From positions 64,001 through 128,000 of the forward strand of contig CAWVVV010000004.1 of the NCBI GenBank assembly GCA_963933835.1: a stretch of DNA of 64,000 bases, read 5' to 3'. Shown one piece after another: positions 9,593 to 18,227 of this stretch. Within the stretch, counting starts at the first letter, position 1. Each line of letters begins with the position of its first letter. Below the pieces are notes generated by a model that saw only the letters and a list, made by a program, of their open reading frames with translations, searched no databases and had not been told where the DNA came from. Made by a program: the position numbers and the translations under genes. This DNA is from an uncultured Puniceicoccaceae bacterium (lineage in GTDB: Bacteria; Verrucomicrobiota; Verrucomicrobiia; Opitutales; Oceanipulchritudinaceae).

Positions 9593-11014
9593 GTGGAAAT
9601 TATCCAAACAGATCGGCACAAGGATCCTTCGAAAGATGAGTTTAAGCTCTTTCTCGGGGTTTGTCGCGATGCTGCTGAAGAGGATGATCACTACAAAATC
9701 GCGAGCATCACCTTAAAGACCCGCAGTCTCAATCCGCTCGCAGTCCTCGAGTCGATTTACGAGCGGGATGAGTTCCACTTTTATATCGAGCGCCCTTCAG
9801 AGGGCATTGCACTGGCAGGTGCCGAAGCCGTTGTGCTCGGAACATTCTCCGGCGCAGATCGGGTGCAAGCGGTCAAAGCCTGGAGCGAAGAGGTGCTTGA
9901 GCACTGCGTCGCGGTGGGCGATCTCGAAGCGCCGATGGCAGGGCCGCACTTTTATGTCGGCCTGACTTTTGAAGAGACGGTTGAGAGTGGAGCAGCGTTT
10001 GCGCCCGCGACGATTTTCTTACCCCGCTGGCAAGTGGCGAAGACGGGGTCATCAACTACTGCGGTGGCCAACTTCCGCGTTGATCCTGAGAGTGACCTCG
10101 ACGCCTTGGTTGAAAAGCTTTGGGCAGCGTATGAGAAATTTAATACATTTTCCTATCGAGATTCTGAGACGCCGGAGCCTTCGCTTGTTTTAGAACAAAG
10201 CGAAGTAGGGGAGTCGGGTGATTTTCAAAAAAGCGTCGTTGTAGGGTTGGAGAAAATTGACGCTGGCGAAGTCGATAAAGTCGTCTTGGCTCGAGCGATC
10301 GATGCAGAGTTTGATCGACCCTTTAGGCCCTTAGTCACCCTCGCTGGCTTACGAGAGCGCTTCACTAGCTGCTTCGCCTTTTCATTCGAGAACGACCACG
10401 GCCAGAGCTTCATCGGAGCAACCCCCGAGCTTCTCATCAGAGTCGCTGATAAGACCTTCTTTACCGAGGCGCTTGCTGGAACCGCTCCGCGTGGCGTGGG
10501 CGCGGGCGAGGATGCTCAAAACGCGCAATCGCTTTTAAACAGTGCGAAGGATCTTCGTGAGCACGCTCACGTCGTCGATTCGATCCGCCGAAGCTTGAGT
10601 GCGATCGGAATTGAACTGAAGCACCCAGGCTCGCCTGCACTGCGCACCTTACCCAACGTGTACCATTTGCATACACCCCTTGAAGGTGCCCTGCCAGAGG
10701 GACCGCATCTTCTCGACCTCATCGATCAGTTACATCCCACGCCAGCCGTCGGTGGAACGCCGCGCGAAAAAGCAGTCCCGATCATCGCTCAGTTGGAGCC
10801 CTTTGAACGCGGTCTCTATGCCGGCGCTCTTGGCTATTTCGATCACACCGGTGAAGGTGAATTTTGCGTCGGCCTACGCGCAGGTCTAGTCGATGGAAAA
10901 AGTGCGCGCCTCTACGCGGGCGCAGGCATCGTCGCAGGTTCAGATCCCCAAGCCGAATGGCGCGAAACCGAAATGAAATTCGCCGCCATCCGCGACGCGA
11001 TTGCAGGGGAGTGA
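9593..11014 (+). CDS. menF: Isochorismate synthase
   Basis: KVVLAR, FIGATPELL, ALAGT, KDLREH, LHPTPAVGG, RGLYAG, YAGAGIVAGS, ETEMKF. Confidence 0.88.
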   Translation: MEIIQTDRHKDPSKDEFKLFLGVCRDAAEEDDHYKIASITLKTRSLNPLAVLESIYERDEFHFYIERPSEGIALAGAEAVVLGTFSGADRVQAVKAWSEEVLEHCVAVGDLEAPMAGPHFYVGLTFEETVESGAAFAPATIFLPRWQVAKTGSSTTAVANFRVDPESDLDALVEKLWAAYEKFNTFSYRDSETPEPSLVLEQSEVGESGDFQKSVVVGLEKIDAGEVDKVVLARAIDAEFDRPFRPLVTLAGLRERFTSCFAFSFENDHGQSFIGATPELLIRVADKTFFTEALAGTAPRGVGAGEDAQNAQSLLNSAKDLREHAHVVDSIRRSLSAIGIELKHPGSPALRTLPNVYHLHTPLEGALPEGPHLLDLIDQLHPTPAVGGTPREKAVPIIAQLEPFERGLYAGALGYFDHTGEGEFCVGLRAGLVDGKSARLYAGAGIVAGSDPQAEWRETEMKFAAIRDAIAGE

Positions 11015-11144
11015 TGGTTGAGCTCACCAACGGAGCCCAAAGGGCGGAGTTGGGTGCTTTGACTGGTTAGTGGGTTTGTTTGGTCGGATGGGTAGTCATG
11101 GGAAAGTGGATCTTTCATCCAGGGAATCTAGATTTCTGTCTTAC

Positions 11145-12086
11145 CTTTGCGTCTTGGGGTCTTTGCGTGGGAACTTTTTTATCGTAGTGAGAAATCCTTA
11201 CAGCTGATGAGAAATTCTATTTTCTGTATTCTTTGACCACCCGCTTCGCTAGAGGGCACAGAGTTCACGGAGAAATACGCCTAAGTTCTTTTTGCTCATT
11301 GGGCTCTGTGGTTTGATCGAATTCCTTTTTTAATCACTAACGTTGAACTGACTCGATGGCGCGTGGATGTGCTGACAACTAATACAAATACACCCTTTCA
11401 GACTCTCAATTTTTGATTCGCGAGGATGGTAGTATTCTCTTTCTTTATTCGGATGCTACAAGCATCTGATTTTTTTGATTTCCCTGGATCGCTTCCTTTC
11501 GCGGAGTTTTTCTCTGCCGACGCAGCTCCATGGGAGTGGTTGCCGCATTTTAGCTCTATTGGAGATAGTATATTGGGCAACAAAGCGCATCTGGGTGCGG
11601 GTGTGAAGAGTCCGCTCGATAGCCTTTGAATTCAAATACGCTGCCGCCCTTGGTCGGGCTGCGGTGGAGCCGGATCGTCGGGTGGAGTTGACGTTGAGTG
11701 CTCAGATAGGAGCAGGGAAAGACGTTATCTAGATGAGGCTATGCTCGGTGGGTTGGCAAGGCGGAAACGGGGTATGTCATTTGCATGGATGAACAGGATC
11801 AGCAGGATAGCTTGGGCTCTTTATATTTGGAACCACAGAAGGGCACAGAACTGGGGGCTCTGGCTTTGGTTCTGTAAGTTATCTCACGGAGGCACGGAGG
11901 CTTAGGCTCTGTTGTATTTGAACAGGAGGAAGCATTCGACAGGCTCATGTCAGGAGAAGGCACAAAACTTAGGCTCTGTAGTTTCAGTCCACGAATCACA
12001 CGAATTCTTTTCTCTGTGTGCTCTGTGCCTCTGTGAGAGAATCATCAGTTGATCAAATCAGTGTCTATCCGTTCCCATCCGTGGTT
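11145..12086. repeat. Cluster of degenerate 9-10 nt periodic REP-like elements with nested inverted repeats
   Basis: ctttgcgtcttggggtctttgcgtgg 11145-11170; cacagagttcacggag 11257-11272; catggatgaacaggatcagcaggat 11784-11808; aaccacagaagggcacagaa 11831-11850; tctcacggaggcacggag 11882-11899; ccacgaatcacacgaat 11989-12005; ctctgtgcctctgtgaga 12021-12038; atccgttcccatccgtggtt 12067-12086. Confidence 0.75.
11453..11629 (+). pseudogene. Internally deleted remnant of a GlmU-like hexapeptide-repeat (left-handed beta-helix) acyltransferase
   Basis: N-terminus MLQASDFFDFP...APWEWLP is joined directly to PHFSSIGDSILGNKAHLGAGV, matching the GlmU-type H.sYiGDs.lG..v.lGAG motif; stop follows shortly. Confidence 0.7.
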
Positions 12087-12214
12087 GAGCTTTGAAGTCG
12101 TTATCTTTCCTCAGTGTCCTGCTGTAGGAATTAGCTTCTGTGTTTTTGCGCCTTTAGTGGTGAGATTTTTTATAGCACGGTTGACTGAGGTTTGTAGTAA
12201 TTCGATGGGTACAT

Positions 12215-12245
12215 GAAAAAGCTCCCGCGTATTCGGCGGGAGCTT
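12215..12245 (-). terminator. Intrinsic terminator after the queA-ECF-anti-sigma unit
   Basis: 10-bp stem aagctcccgc/gcgggagctt with 7-nt loop and a T-run on the minus strand. Confidence 0.8.
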
Positions 12246-12277
12246 GAAAGGGTTGGGCCGTCTGGCCGACGTGCGTC

Positions 12278-13069
12278 TTAGAGCATCGTGATGACGCGGT
12301 CTTGTGATTCTTGGGTGGCGAGGACGTAGATTTGATCTTCGCGTGTCCAGGTGGCGCAGCAGTGTTCGTCGATAGTGCTGACGAAGTGGTTCGGCATGTC
12401 GGACTGTTCAGGGAAGTGTTTTCGATCGACGGTGAAAATGTGGAAGACGGATTCATCTTCAGCGCGGAAACACATCATCCCGACGGGAACGCCATCGACT
12501 TCGATGTAGGCGCAGGCAAAGCCGCTTTCAGAGGAGATCGATTCTGGAAGAAATTTTGGAGTGGGTGCGCCTTCACCTTCGAGGAAACTGACGAGGGTGC
12601 CGTAGTTGTTGCTCTGCGTCGTGGTGAAGCCGTGGGCCTCGAGGATATCTTCGAGCGTGGCCATGAGGCTGGCGACTTCTGCACTCGGGCGCGCGCCTTG
12701 CGGCGGGAAAACAAAGGTAAAGGCGAGGACTAGGATCGCAACGGCTGCGGCGGCACCAGTAAAAGCACTCCAGTGCCAGCTGTTACGGGTCGGGGCAGGC
12801 TCAGAGAAAGTGGCGATGGCGGCGTCCTCTTGAGCGAGGGCGGCGGCTTTGGCGAGGATCGCATCTTGGAGTCCGGCGGGGACGGCTGATCCGGCTACTT
12901 TGGCGCGTATAGCGGCATCGAAGGCTTTTTCTTCGCCCCACCACCGGCTAAGCTCGGGGTCGGCGATTGAGGCTTCGAGGGCATCGGCACAGGCGTCCGT
13001 CGGCGGTTCGCCGAGACTCGGGTCGTAGGCGTGAAGCGCGTCGCGGTGGTCTTGACCAGAAGGTTGCAA
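12278..13069 (-). CDS. Putative transmembrane anti-sigma factor
   Basis: Directly downstream of an ECF sigma gene; helical N-terminus (AFDAAIRAKV..VPAGLQDAIL), one TM helix (AAAAVAILVLAF), Cys-containing extracytoplasmic domain. Confidence 0.8.
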   Translation of the reverse strand: MQPSGQDHRDALHAYDPSLGEPPTDACADALEASIADPELSRWWGEEKAFDAAIRAKVAGSAVPAGLQDAILAKAAALAQEDAAIATFSEPAPTRNSWHWSAFTGAAAAVAILVLAFTFVFPPQGARPSAEVASLMATLEDILEAHGFTTTQSNNYGTLVSFLEGEGAPTPKFLPESISSESGFACAYIEVDGVPVGMMCFRAEDESVFHIFTVDRKHFPEQSDMPNHFVSTIDEHCCATWTREDQIYVLATQESQDRVITML

Positions 13070-13105
13070 TGGATTAGTCAGCGTTAAAGGGACAATCGGG
13101 GGCGT

Positions 13106-13621
13106 TCAATTATTCCAGCTTTTTTTCTCGAAGAGCTTTTTTAGCTGAGTTTTGCCCCGGCTGAGGCGTGACATGACGGTTCCGATCGGAATATCGAGGG
13201 CCTCGGAGATTTCCTTGTAGGTCTGGTCTTCTAGGTAAAAGAGGCTGAGTGGGCCTCGGTAGATTTCATCGACGCCTTGGAGGGCTTCGAGGACATCACT
13301 CACTTCGGCGCTCTGGACGACGGTCGGCTGACCCGGCGGGAGCTCGCGCTCAAAATCATCGGGCTCGATGTCGGCCTGACGCACGCCACGGCGGCGAATA
13401 CGAAGAAATTGGCGGTAGAGGGTGGTGAAGAGCCAGCTCTTGACCTTACTTTTGTCGCGCAGGGCATCGCCTTTCTTGGCCCAGATGAGAAAAGTTTCCT
13501 GCACGAGATCTCTCGCGTCGGATTCATTCTTCGCGAGTGAGAAGGCGAAACGAAAGAGGTTCTCGTAGTATTCAGCGACGAGTTTAGTAAAATCGGGGGA
13601 GACCTGAGACGGAGCAGACAT
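13106..13621 (-). CDS. ECF RNA polymerase sigma factor
   Basis: ARDLVQETF, KSWLFTTL, TYKEISEALDIPIGTVMSRLSRGK. Confidence 0.95.
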   Translation of the reverse strand: MSAPSQVSPDFTKLVAEYYENLFRFAFSLAKNESDARDLVQETFLIWAKKGDALRDKSKVKSWLFTTLYRQFLRIRRRGVRQADIEPDDFERELPPGQPTVVQSAEVSDVLEALQGVDEIYRGPLSLFYLEDQTYKEISEALDIPIGTVMSRLSRGKTQLKKLFEKKSWNN

Positions 13622-13630
13622 AAGTAGCGT

Positions 13631-14713
13631 TTAGCTAATGAGCATGGCGTCGCCGTAACTGTAAAACCGATAATTTCGATCGAGCGCTTCCCGGTAGATA
13701 TCTTTGAGCCATTCGATGCCGTCGGTGCTCTCGGGGGTCAGAAAAGACGAGACGAGGCAAAGGAGGGTGGAACGCGGGAGGTGAAAGTTCGTCAAGAGTG
13801 CCTCCACAGCAAAGCGGTTGGGGGGGTAAATGAAGAGGTTGGCTGCGCTGACAAAGGCTTCGTTGGGCGAATTTGTGGCTCCGGCCTGAATCTTACGGGC
13901 GTAGTCTTCGCTCGCGCGCAGGGAGGTGGTGCCGACGGCGAGGCGCGGGTGGGTCGGGTTGGGTTGAAGCGCGGCCACGGTGCTGCTCGGGATCTCGTAG
14001 GTCTCGGAGTGCATGACATGCGCTTCGATCTCGTCGGCTTGGATCGGGCGGAAGGTATCTAGCCCGACGTGGAGGGTAAGGTCATGAAACTGATGACCGC
14101 CCTGCTTGAGCTCCGCAATGAGCTCGGGGGTGAAATGGAGCCCGGCGGTGGGTGCGGCGGCGGCAACGGTTTGGTCTGGGGCAGCGTAGACGGTGTTGTA
14201 GCGATCGCGGTCGAGCTCGGTGCGTGGGTCCTCTGGGCCGTCGCGGCGAATGTAGGGTGGCAGTGGCATCTCGCCGTCGCGCTCGGAGAGCTCAAGGACA
14301 CTCTTTGCGGAGTGGAGGGTAAAGCGCACGAGGCATTGGCCTTCTTCGCTCTTGTCGAGGACGGTTGCTTCATCATCGGACCCGATACTGAAGGTCGTGC
14401 CGACGGGGAGCTTTTTACCCGGCTTTAGGAGGCACCACCATTCTTCGGGGTTTTGACCAGGGTGGAGAAGAAGGCATTCGACCTTGCCGCCGGTCTCGCG
14501 CTGCCCTCGGAGACGGGCGCGCAGGACGCGGGCATTGTTTCGAATGATCGCATATGGTGTCCCTAAAAGCTCGGGGAGGTCGCGAATCTGATGGTGCGTC
14601 ACGGCCTTGGTTTGGCGATCTACGCAGAGCAGTTTGGCGTCGTCGCGACGTTCCGTCGGCTTTTGTGCGATCGCTTCGGGCGGGAGTTCAAAGTCAAAAA
14701 GAGCAGCTTCCAC
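13631..14713 (-). CDS. queA: S-adenosylmethionine:tRNA ribosyltransferase-isomerase
   Basis: FDFELP...IAQ, MPLPPYI, AAPTAGLHF, TLHVG, AVGTTS, TNFHLPRSTL, YRFYSYGDAM. Confidence 0.97.
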   Translation of the reverse strand: MEAALFDFELPPEAIAQKPTERRDDAKLLCVDRQTKAVTHHQIRDLPELLGTPYAIIRNNARVLRARLRGQRETGGKVECLLLHPGQNPEEWWCLLKPGKKLPVGTTFSIGSDDEATVLDKSEEGQCLVRFTLHSAKSVLELSERDGEMPLPPYIRRDGPEDPRTELDRDRYNTVYAAPDQTVAAAAPTAGLHFTPELIAELKQGGHQFHDLTLHVGLDTFRPIQADEIEAHVMHSETYEIPSSTVAALQPNPTHPRLAVGTTSLRASEDYARKIQAGATNSPNEAFVSAANLFIYPPNRFAVEALLTNFHLPRSTLLCLVSSFLTPESTDGIEWLKDIYREALDRNYRFYSYGDAMLIS

Positions 14714-14744
14714 AGGCGTGAAGGTGTGGGGCGGGCGATCCGCG

Positions 14745-15338
14745 TCAACGACGGGATAGCACTGCGACAGAACCCGGCGCGAGGTGCGACTGGGCGAGTT
14801 CGAGCAAATCGGCTTTATCGGTCTGACCTTCGAAGTGACCGACGAGCTGGCCTTCGGCGTCGTAAATCAAAAGGGTTGGGACGGCACGAATCGCGCTCAT
14901 CTCGGCGTGGTCTGAACGGTCCGTATAGACGACAGGAAAGGGGAGTTCAGCTTCTGCGGCATAGCGCACCACTTGGTCTTCGCGTTTGGCCCCATCGAGG
15001 CTGATGCCGATGATGGAGAGGCCAGCGGGCGAGAGTTCCTCATGCAGCTCACGTAGGGTGGCGAGTTCCCGGTGACAGTTGGGGCACCATGTAGCCCAAA
15101 AGGCGATGATTGTGAGATCGCCAGCGAGCGCCTGTAGATCATGCGTCTGACCGTCGATACCTTTTAGACTCCACTCCGGGAGTTGGGCGGGAACGGGCGC
15201 AGTTGTCGTCGCTGACTGATTATAGGGAACAAGTCTGCATGCTGATCCACTGCTGCCGCGAAAGACCGAGAGTCCGAGCAGGCCGCTGCCTAAAACAAAG
15301 GCAGCGAGGACAATTTTCTGTGATCGACGAAGAGGCAT
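14745..15338 (-). CDS. TlpA/ResA family membrane-anchored thiol-disulfide oxidoreductase
   Basis: N-terminal hydrophobic anchor, FWATWCPNC active site, VPT cis-Pro motif. Confidence 0.9.
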   Translation of the reverse strand: MPLRRSQKIVLAAFVLGSGLLGLSVFRGSSGSACRLVPYNQSATTTAPVPAQLPEWSLKGIDGQTHDLQALAGDLTIIAFWATWCPNCHRELATLRELHEELSPAGLSIIGISLDGAKREDQVVRYAAEAELPFPVVYTDRSDHAEMSAIRAVPTLLIYDAEGQLVGHFEGQTDKADLLELAQSHLAPGSVAVLSRR

Positions 15339-15474
15339 CTATAACTAGCTGGAGACTTAAGAAGATCGACTATTCCACATTCTTTTTGACGCGTTCTCCG
15401 AACCCATTGTTATCAAGTGCACTGTTCTTTCAGCTTTTCACCCTTATCCCAACCTTTCGAATAGCCTCAATAAG

Positions 15475-17439
15475 ATGGAAAAAGACCCTTCAGAATCCGC
15501 ATCGCATGAAAACCTGAGTTTCCCGCCGTCTCCGGAATTCGCTGCCAAAGCTCACATCAGCTCACTCGATGAATATCGGGCGATGCACAAACGCAGCTTG
15601 GAAGATCCCGAGGGATTTTGGTCGGAAGTGGCCGAAGAGCTTCATTGGTTTAAGAAGTGGGACACGGTTTTAGACGCATCAGAGAAGCCTTTCTTCAAGT
15701 GGTTTGTCGGCGGAAAAACAAATCTTTGCTACAATGCAGTCGATCGTCACCTCGATGGCGCGCGGGCTGATGCCGATGCGATCATCTGGGAAGGGGAGCC
15801 AGGCGATGAGCGCCGCCTCAGTTTTCGTGACTTGCACCGCGACGTTCAGGTCTTCGCCAATGTATTGAAATCTCTCGGAGTGGGGAAGGGCGACAGTGTA
15901 GCACTTTACCTCCCAATGGTTCCCGAGCTCGCGATCGCGGTTCTGGCGTGTGCGCGCATTGGCGCGGTGCACAGTGTGATTTTTGCTGGGTTCAGTCCGG
16001 ACTCAATTCGCGATCGCGTCCTCGATGCGAAATCGAAGCTAGTGATCACGGGTGACGGTGGCTGGCGTCGGGGCAAGGTCTTGGATCTTAAGTCGATCGT
16101 CGATGAAGGCGTCGAAAACTGCGCTTGTCTTGATAACGTCCTCGTTGTGGCGCGTGAAGTTGGAAGCACAGAGTTCCCGTGTGAGATGAAGGCAGAGCGT
16201 GATGTCTGGTATCACGAAGCGGCAAAGACCGTCCCGGCAGAGTGCCCGTGCGAAGAGCTTGATAGTGAGGATATGGCCTTCCTTCTCTACACGAGTGGAT
16301 CGACCGGGAAGCCGAAGGGCATCATGCACACCGTTGGTGGCTATGGTGTCTACACGTATTTAACTTCCAAATACGTCTTTGATCTGAGGCCCGATGATAT
16401 TTATTGGTGCACGGCAGATATCGGTTGGATCACTGGCCACAGCTATATCGTCTACGGACCACTGCAAAATGGGGCGACCATCCTGATGTATGAGGGCGCT
16501 CCGAATCATCCCGAGCCCGATCGTTTCTGGGATATTGTTGAGCGTCACCGCCCGACGATTCTTTACACCGCTCCAACCGCTATTCGCGCCTTTATGAAGT
16601 GGGGCGACGACTGGGTAAAGAAGCACGACCTTTCTTCCCTGCGCCTCCTTGGCTCCGTAGGTGAGCCGATCAATCCTGAAGCGTGGCTCTGGTATCACGA
16701 GCTCATTGGTGGCAGCCGCTGTCCGATTGTTGACACCTGGTGGCAGACGGAGACCGGAGGCATTTTGATCACGCCACTACCCGGAGTGACACCGACAAAG
16801 CCAGGCTCTGCGACGCTCCCGTTTTTTGGGATTGATGCCGCTGTGCTTGATGAAGAAGGCAATGAAGTGGATGCGGGGCTACTCGCCATCCGAAGCACTT
16901 GGCCGAGTATTTTGCGCGGAGTATGGGGTGATGAAGAACGCTTCAAGGATACCTACTGGTGCAACTGGAAAGGCGAATTCTACTTCCCCGGTGATGGCGC
17001 GCAAGTCGACAAAGATGGATACATCTGGATCACGGGCCGAGTTGACGATGTCGTGAATGTTTCAGGACACCGCATTGGCACCGCTGAACTGGAAAGTGTC
17101 TTCATCGAAAACCATAAGGTGGCCGAGAGTGCGGTGATTGGGGTTCCACACGAAATCAAAGGACAGGGCCTCGTTGCCTTCGTTCTATTACGCGGCAATG
17201 ACAGCGACGGCAGTCCGGAGCTTCGCAAAGAACTGAATGAGCTCGTCGCGAAAAAAATCGGTAAGTTTGCCCGCCCCGAGAAAATCATCTTTAGCGCAGA
17301 TCTTCCGAAGACGCGGAGTGGTAAAATCATGCGTCGCCTCCTGCGCGATATTGCGACCGGTCATGACCTAGGGAACGTCACGACGCTGGCGGACGCTGGC
17401 GTCGTCGAAGATCTCAAGCGCAAGTATAGCGAAGCCTAG
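15475..17439 (+). CDS. acs: Acetyl-CoA synthetase
   Basis: YTSGSTGKPKG, GWITGHSY, VGEPINPEAW, DTWWQTETG, LPKTRSGKIMRR. Confidence 0.97.
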   Translation: MEKDPSESASHENLSFPPSPEFAAKAHISSLDEYRAMHKRSLEDPEGFWSEVAEELHWFKKWDTVLDASEKPFFKWFVGGKTNLCYNAVDRHLDGARADADAIIWEGEPGDERRLSFRDLHRDVQVFANVLKSLGVGKGDSVALYLPMVPELAIAVLACARIGAVHSVIFAGFSPDSIRDRVLDAKSKLVITGDGGWRRGKVLDLKSIVDEGVENCACLDNVLVVAREVGSTEFPCEMKAERDVWYHEAAKTVPAECPCEELDSEDMAFLLYTSGSTGKPKGIMHTVGGYGVYTYLTSKYVFDLRPDDIYWCTADIGWITGHSYIVYGPLQNGATILMYEGAPNHPEPDRFWDIVERHRPTILYTAPTAIRAFMKWGDDWVKKHDLSSLRLLGSVGEPINPEAWLWYHELIGGSRCPIVDTWWQTETGGILITPLPGVTPTKPGSATLPFFGIDAAVLDEEGNEVDAGLLAIRSTWPSILRGVWGDEERFKDTYWCNWKGEFYFPGDGAQVDKDGYIWITGRVDDVVNVSGHRIGTAELESVFIENHKVAESAVIGVPHEIKGQGLVAFVLLRGNDSDGSPELRKELNELVAKKIGKFARPEKIIFSADLPKTRSGKIMRRLLRDIATGHDLGNVTTLADAGVVEDLKRKYSEA

Positions 17440-17442
17440 AGC

Positions 17443-18090
17443 TTACTTCTTTGATGCCTTTTCGAGCTTCTTCAGCTTCGGCTTGATGACGTACTGGCAA
17501 TAAGACTGGTTCTTGTTGTTCTCGTAGTAGTCCTGATGGTACTTCTCGGCTTCATAGAACGTATCCAATGGCGCGACTTCTGTCACAATTGGATCAGAGA
17601 AATCGCTCTGAGCTTTTTGCATTGAAGCCTCAGTGGCCGCTTTCTGGTCATCATCTGAGTAGAGGATGATGCTGCGGTATTGCGTTCCGCGATCGGCCCC
17701 TTGGCGGTTGAGCGTGGTGGGGTCGTGCGCGATCCAAAAGAAATCAAGGAGCTCACCTAGCTCGATCACCTCTGGATCAAAAGTCACCTTAACGACTTCG
17801 GCGTGCCCGGTTTGGCCCGTAACGACTGCATTGTAGCTCGGATCCTTGACGTGGCCGCCAGCGAAGCCGGACTCGGTTTTGATAATGCCATCGAGGGTCT
17901 CGTAGACTGCTTCGACACACCAGAAGCAGCCGCCGCCTAGGATAATGGATGGATAGTCTTTTGAGGTTTCAGTCATTTTGTCAGGTGTGGTGGGCATGGA
18001 AAAGAGAAGGGTGGCGAGGAGCGATCCGCCTGCGATTAGAGAAAAAACACCGAGGCCTAGCCGTTTGCGGATTAAAATGTTTAAACTCAT
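17443..18090 (-). CDS. msrA: Peptide-methionine (S)-S-oxide reductase with N-terminal signal/anchor
   Basis: GGGCFWC, GHAEVV, HDPTTLNRQG.D.GTQYRS, AEKYHQDY. Hydrophobic N-terminus; exact start uncertain. Confidence 0.93.
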   Translation of the reverse strand: MSLNILIRKRLGLGVFSLIAGGSLLATLLFSMPTTPDKMTETSKDYPSIILGGGCFWCVEAVYETLDGIIKTESGFAGGHVKDPSYNAVVTGQTGHAEVVKVTFDPEVIELGELLDFFWIAHDPTTLNRQGADRGTQYRSIILYSDDDQKAATEASMQKAQSDFSDPIVTEVAPLDTFYEAEKYHQDYYENNKNQSYCQYVIKPKLKKLEKASKK

Positions 18091-18227
18091 CTCGGTCTGA
18101 AGGTTGGAGGAAGGTGTATATTCCATCAACCCTACGAAGCCTTTTTCCTACAATTAGCCTTTTCCCTTGCTGAGCCCAATGGGGCAGTTTGAATCGATCG
18201 TTTTGATTCTTCTACTCCTCACTCTGA

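Noticed and set aside
11145..12086. CRISPR array
   Set aside because: No identical 23-47 nt repeats with regular unique spacers, and no cas genes.
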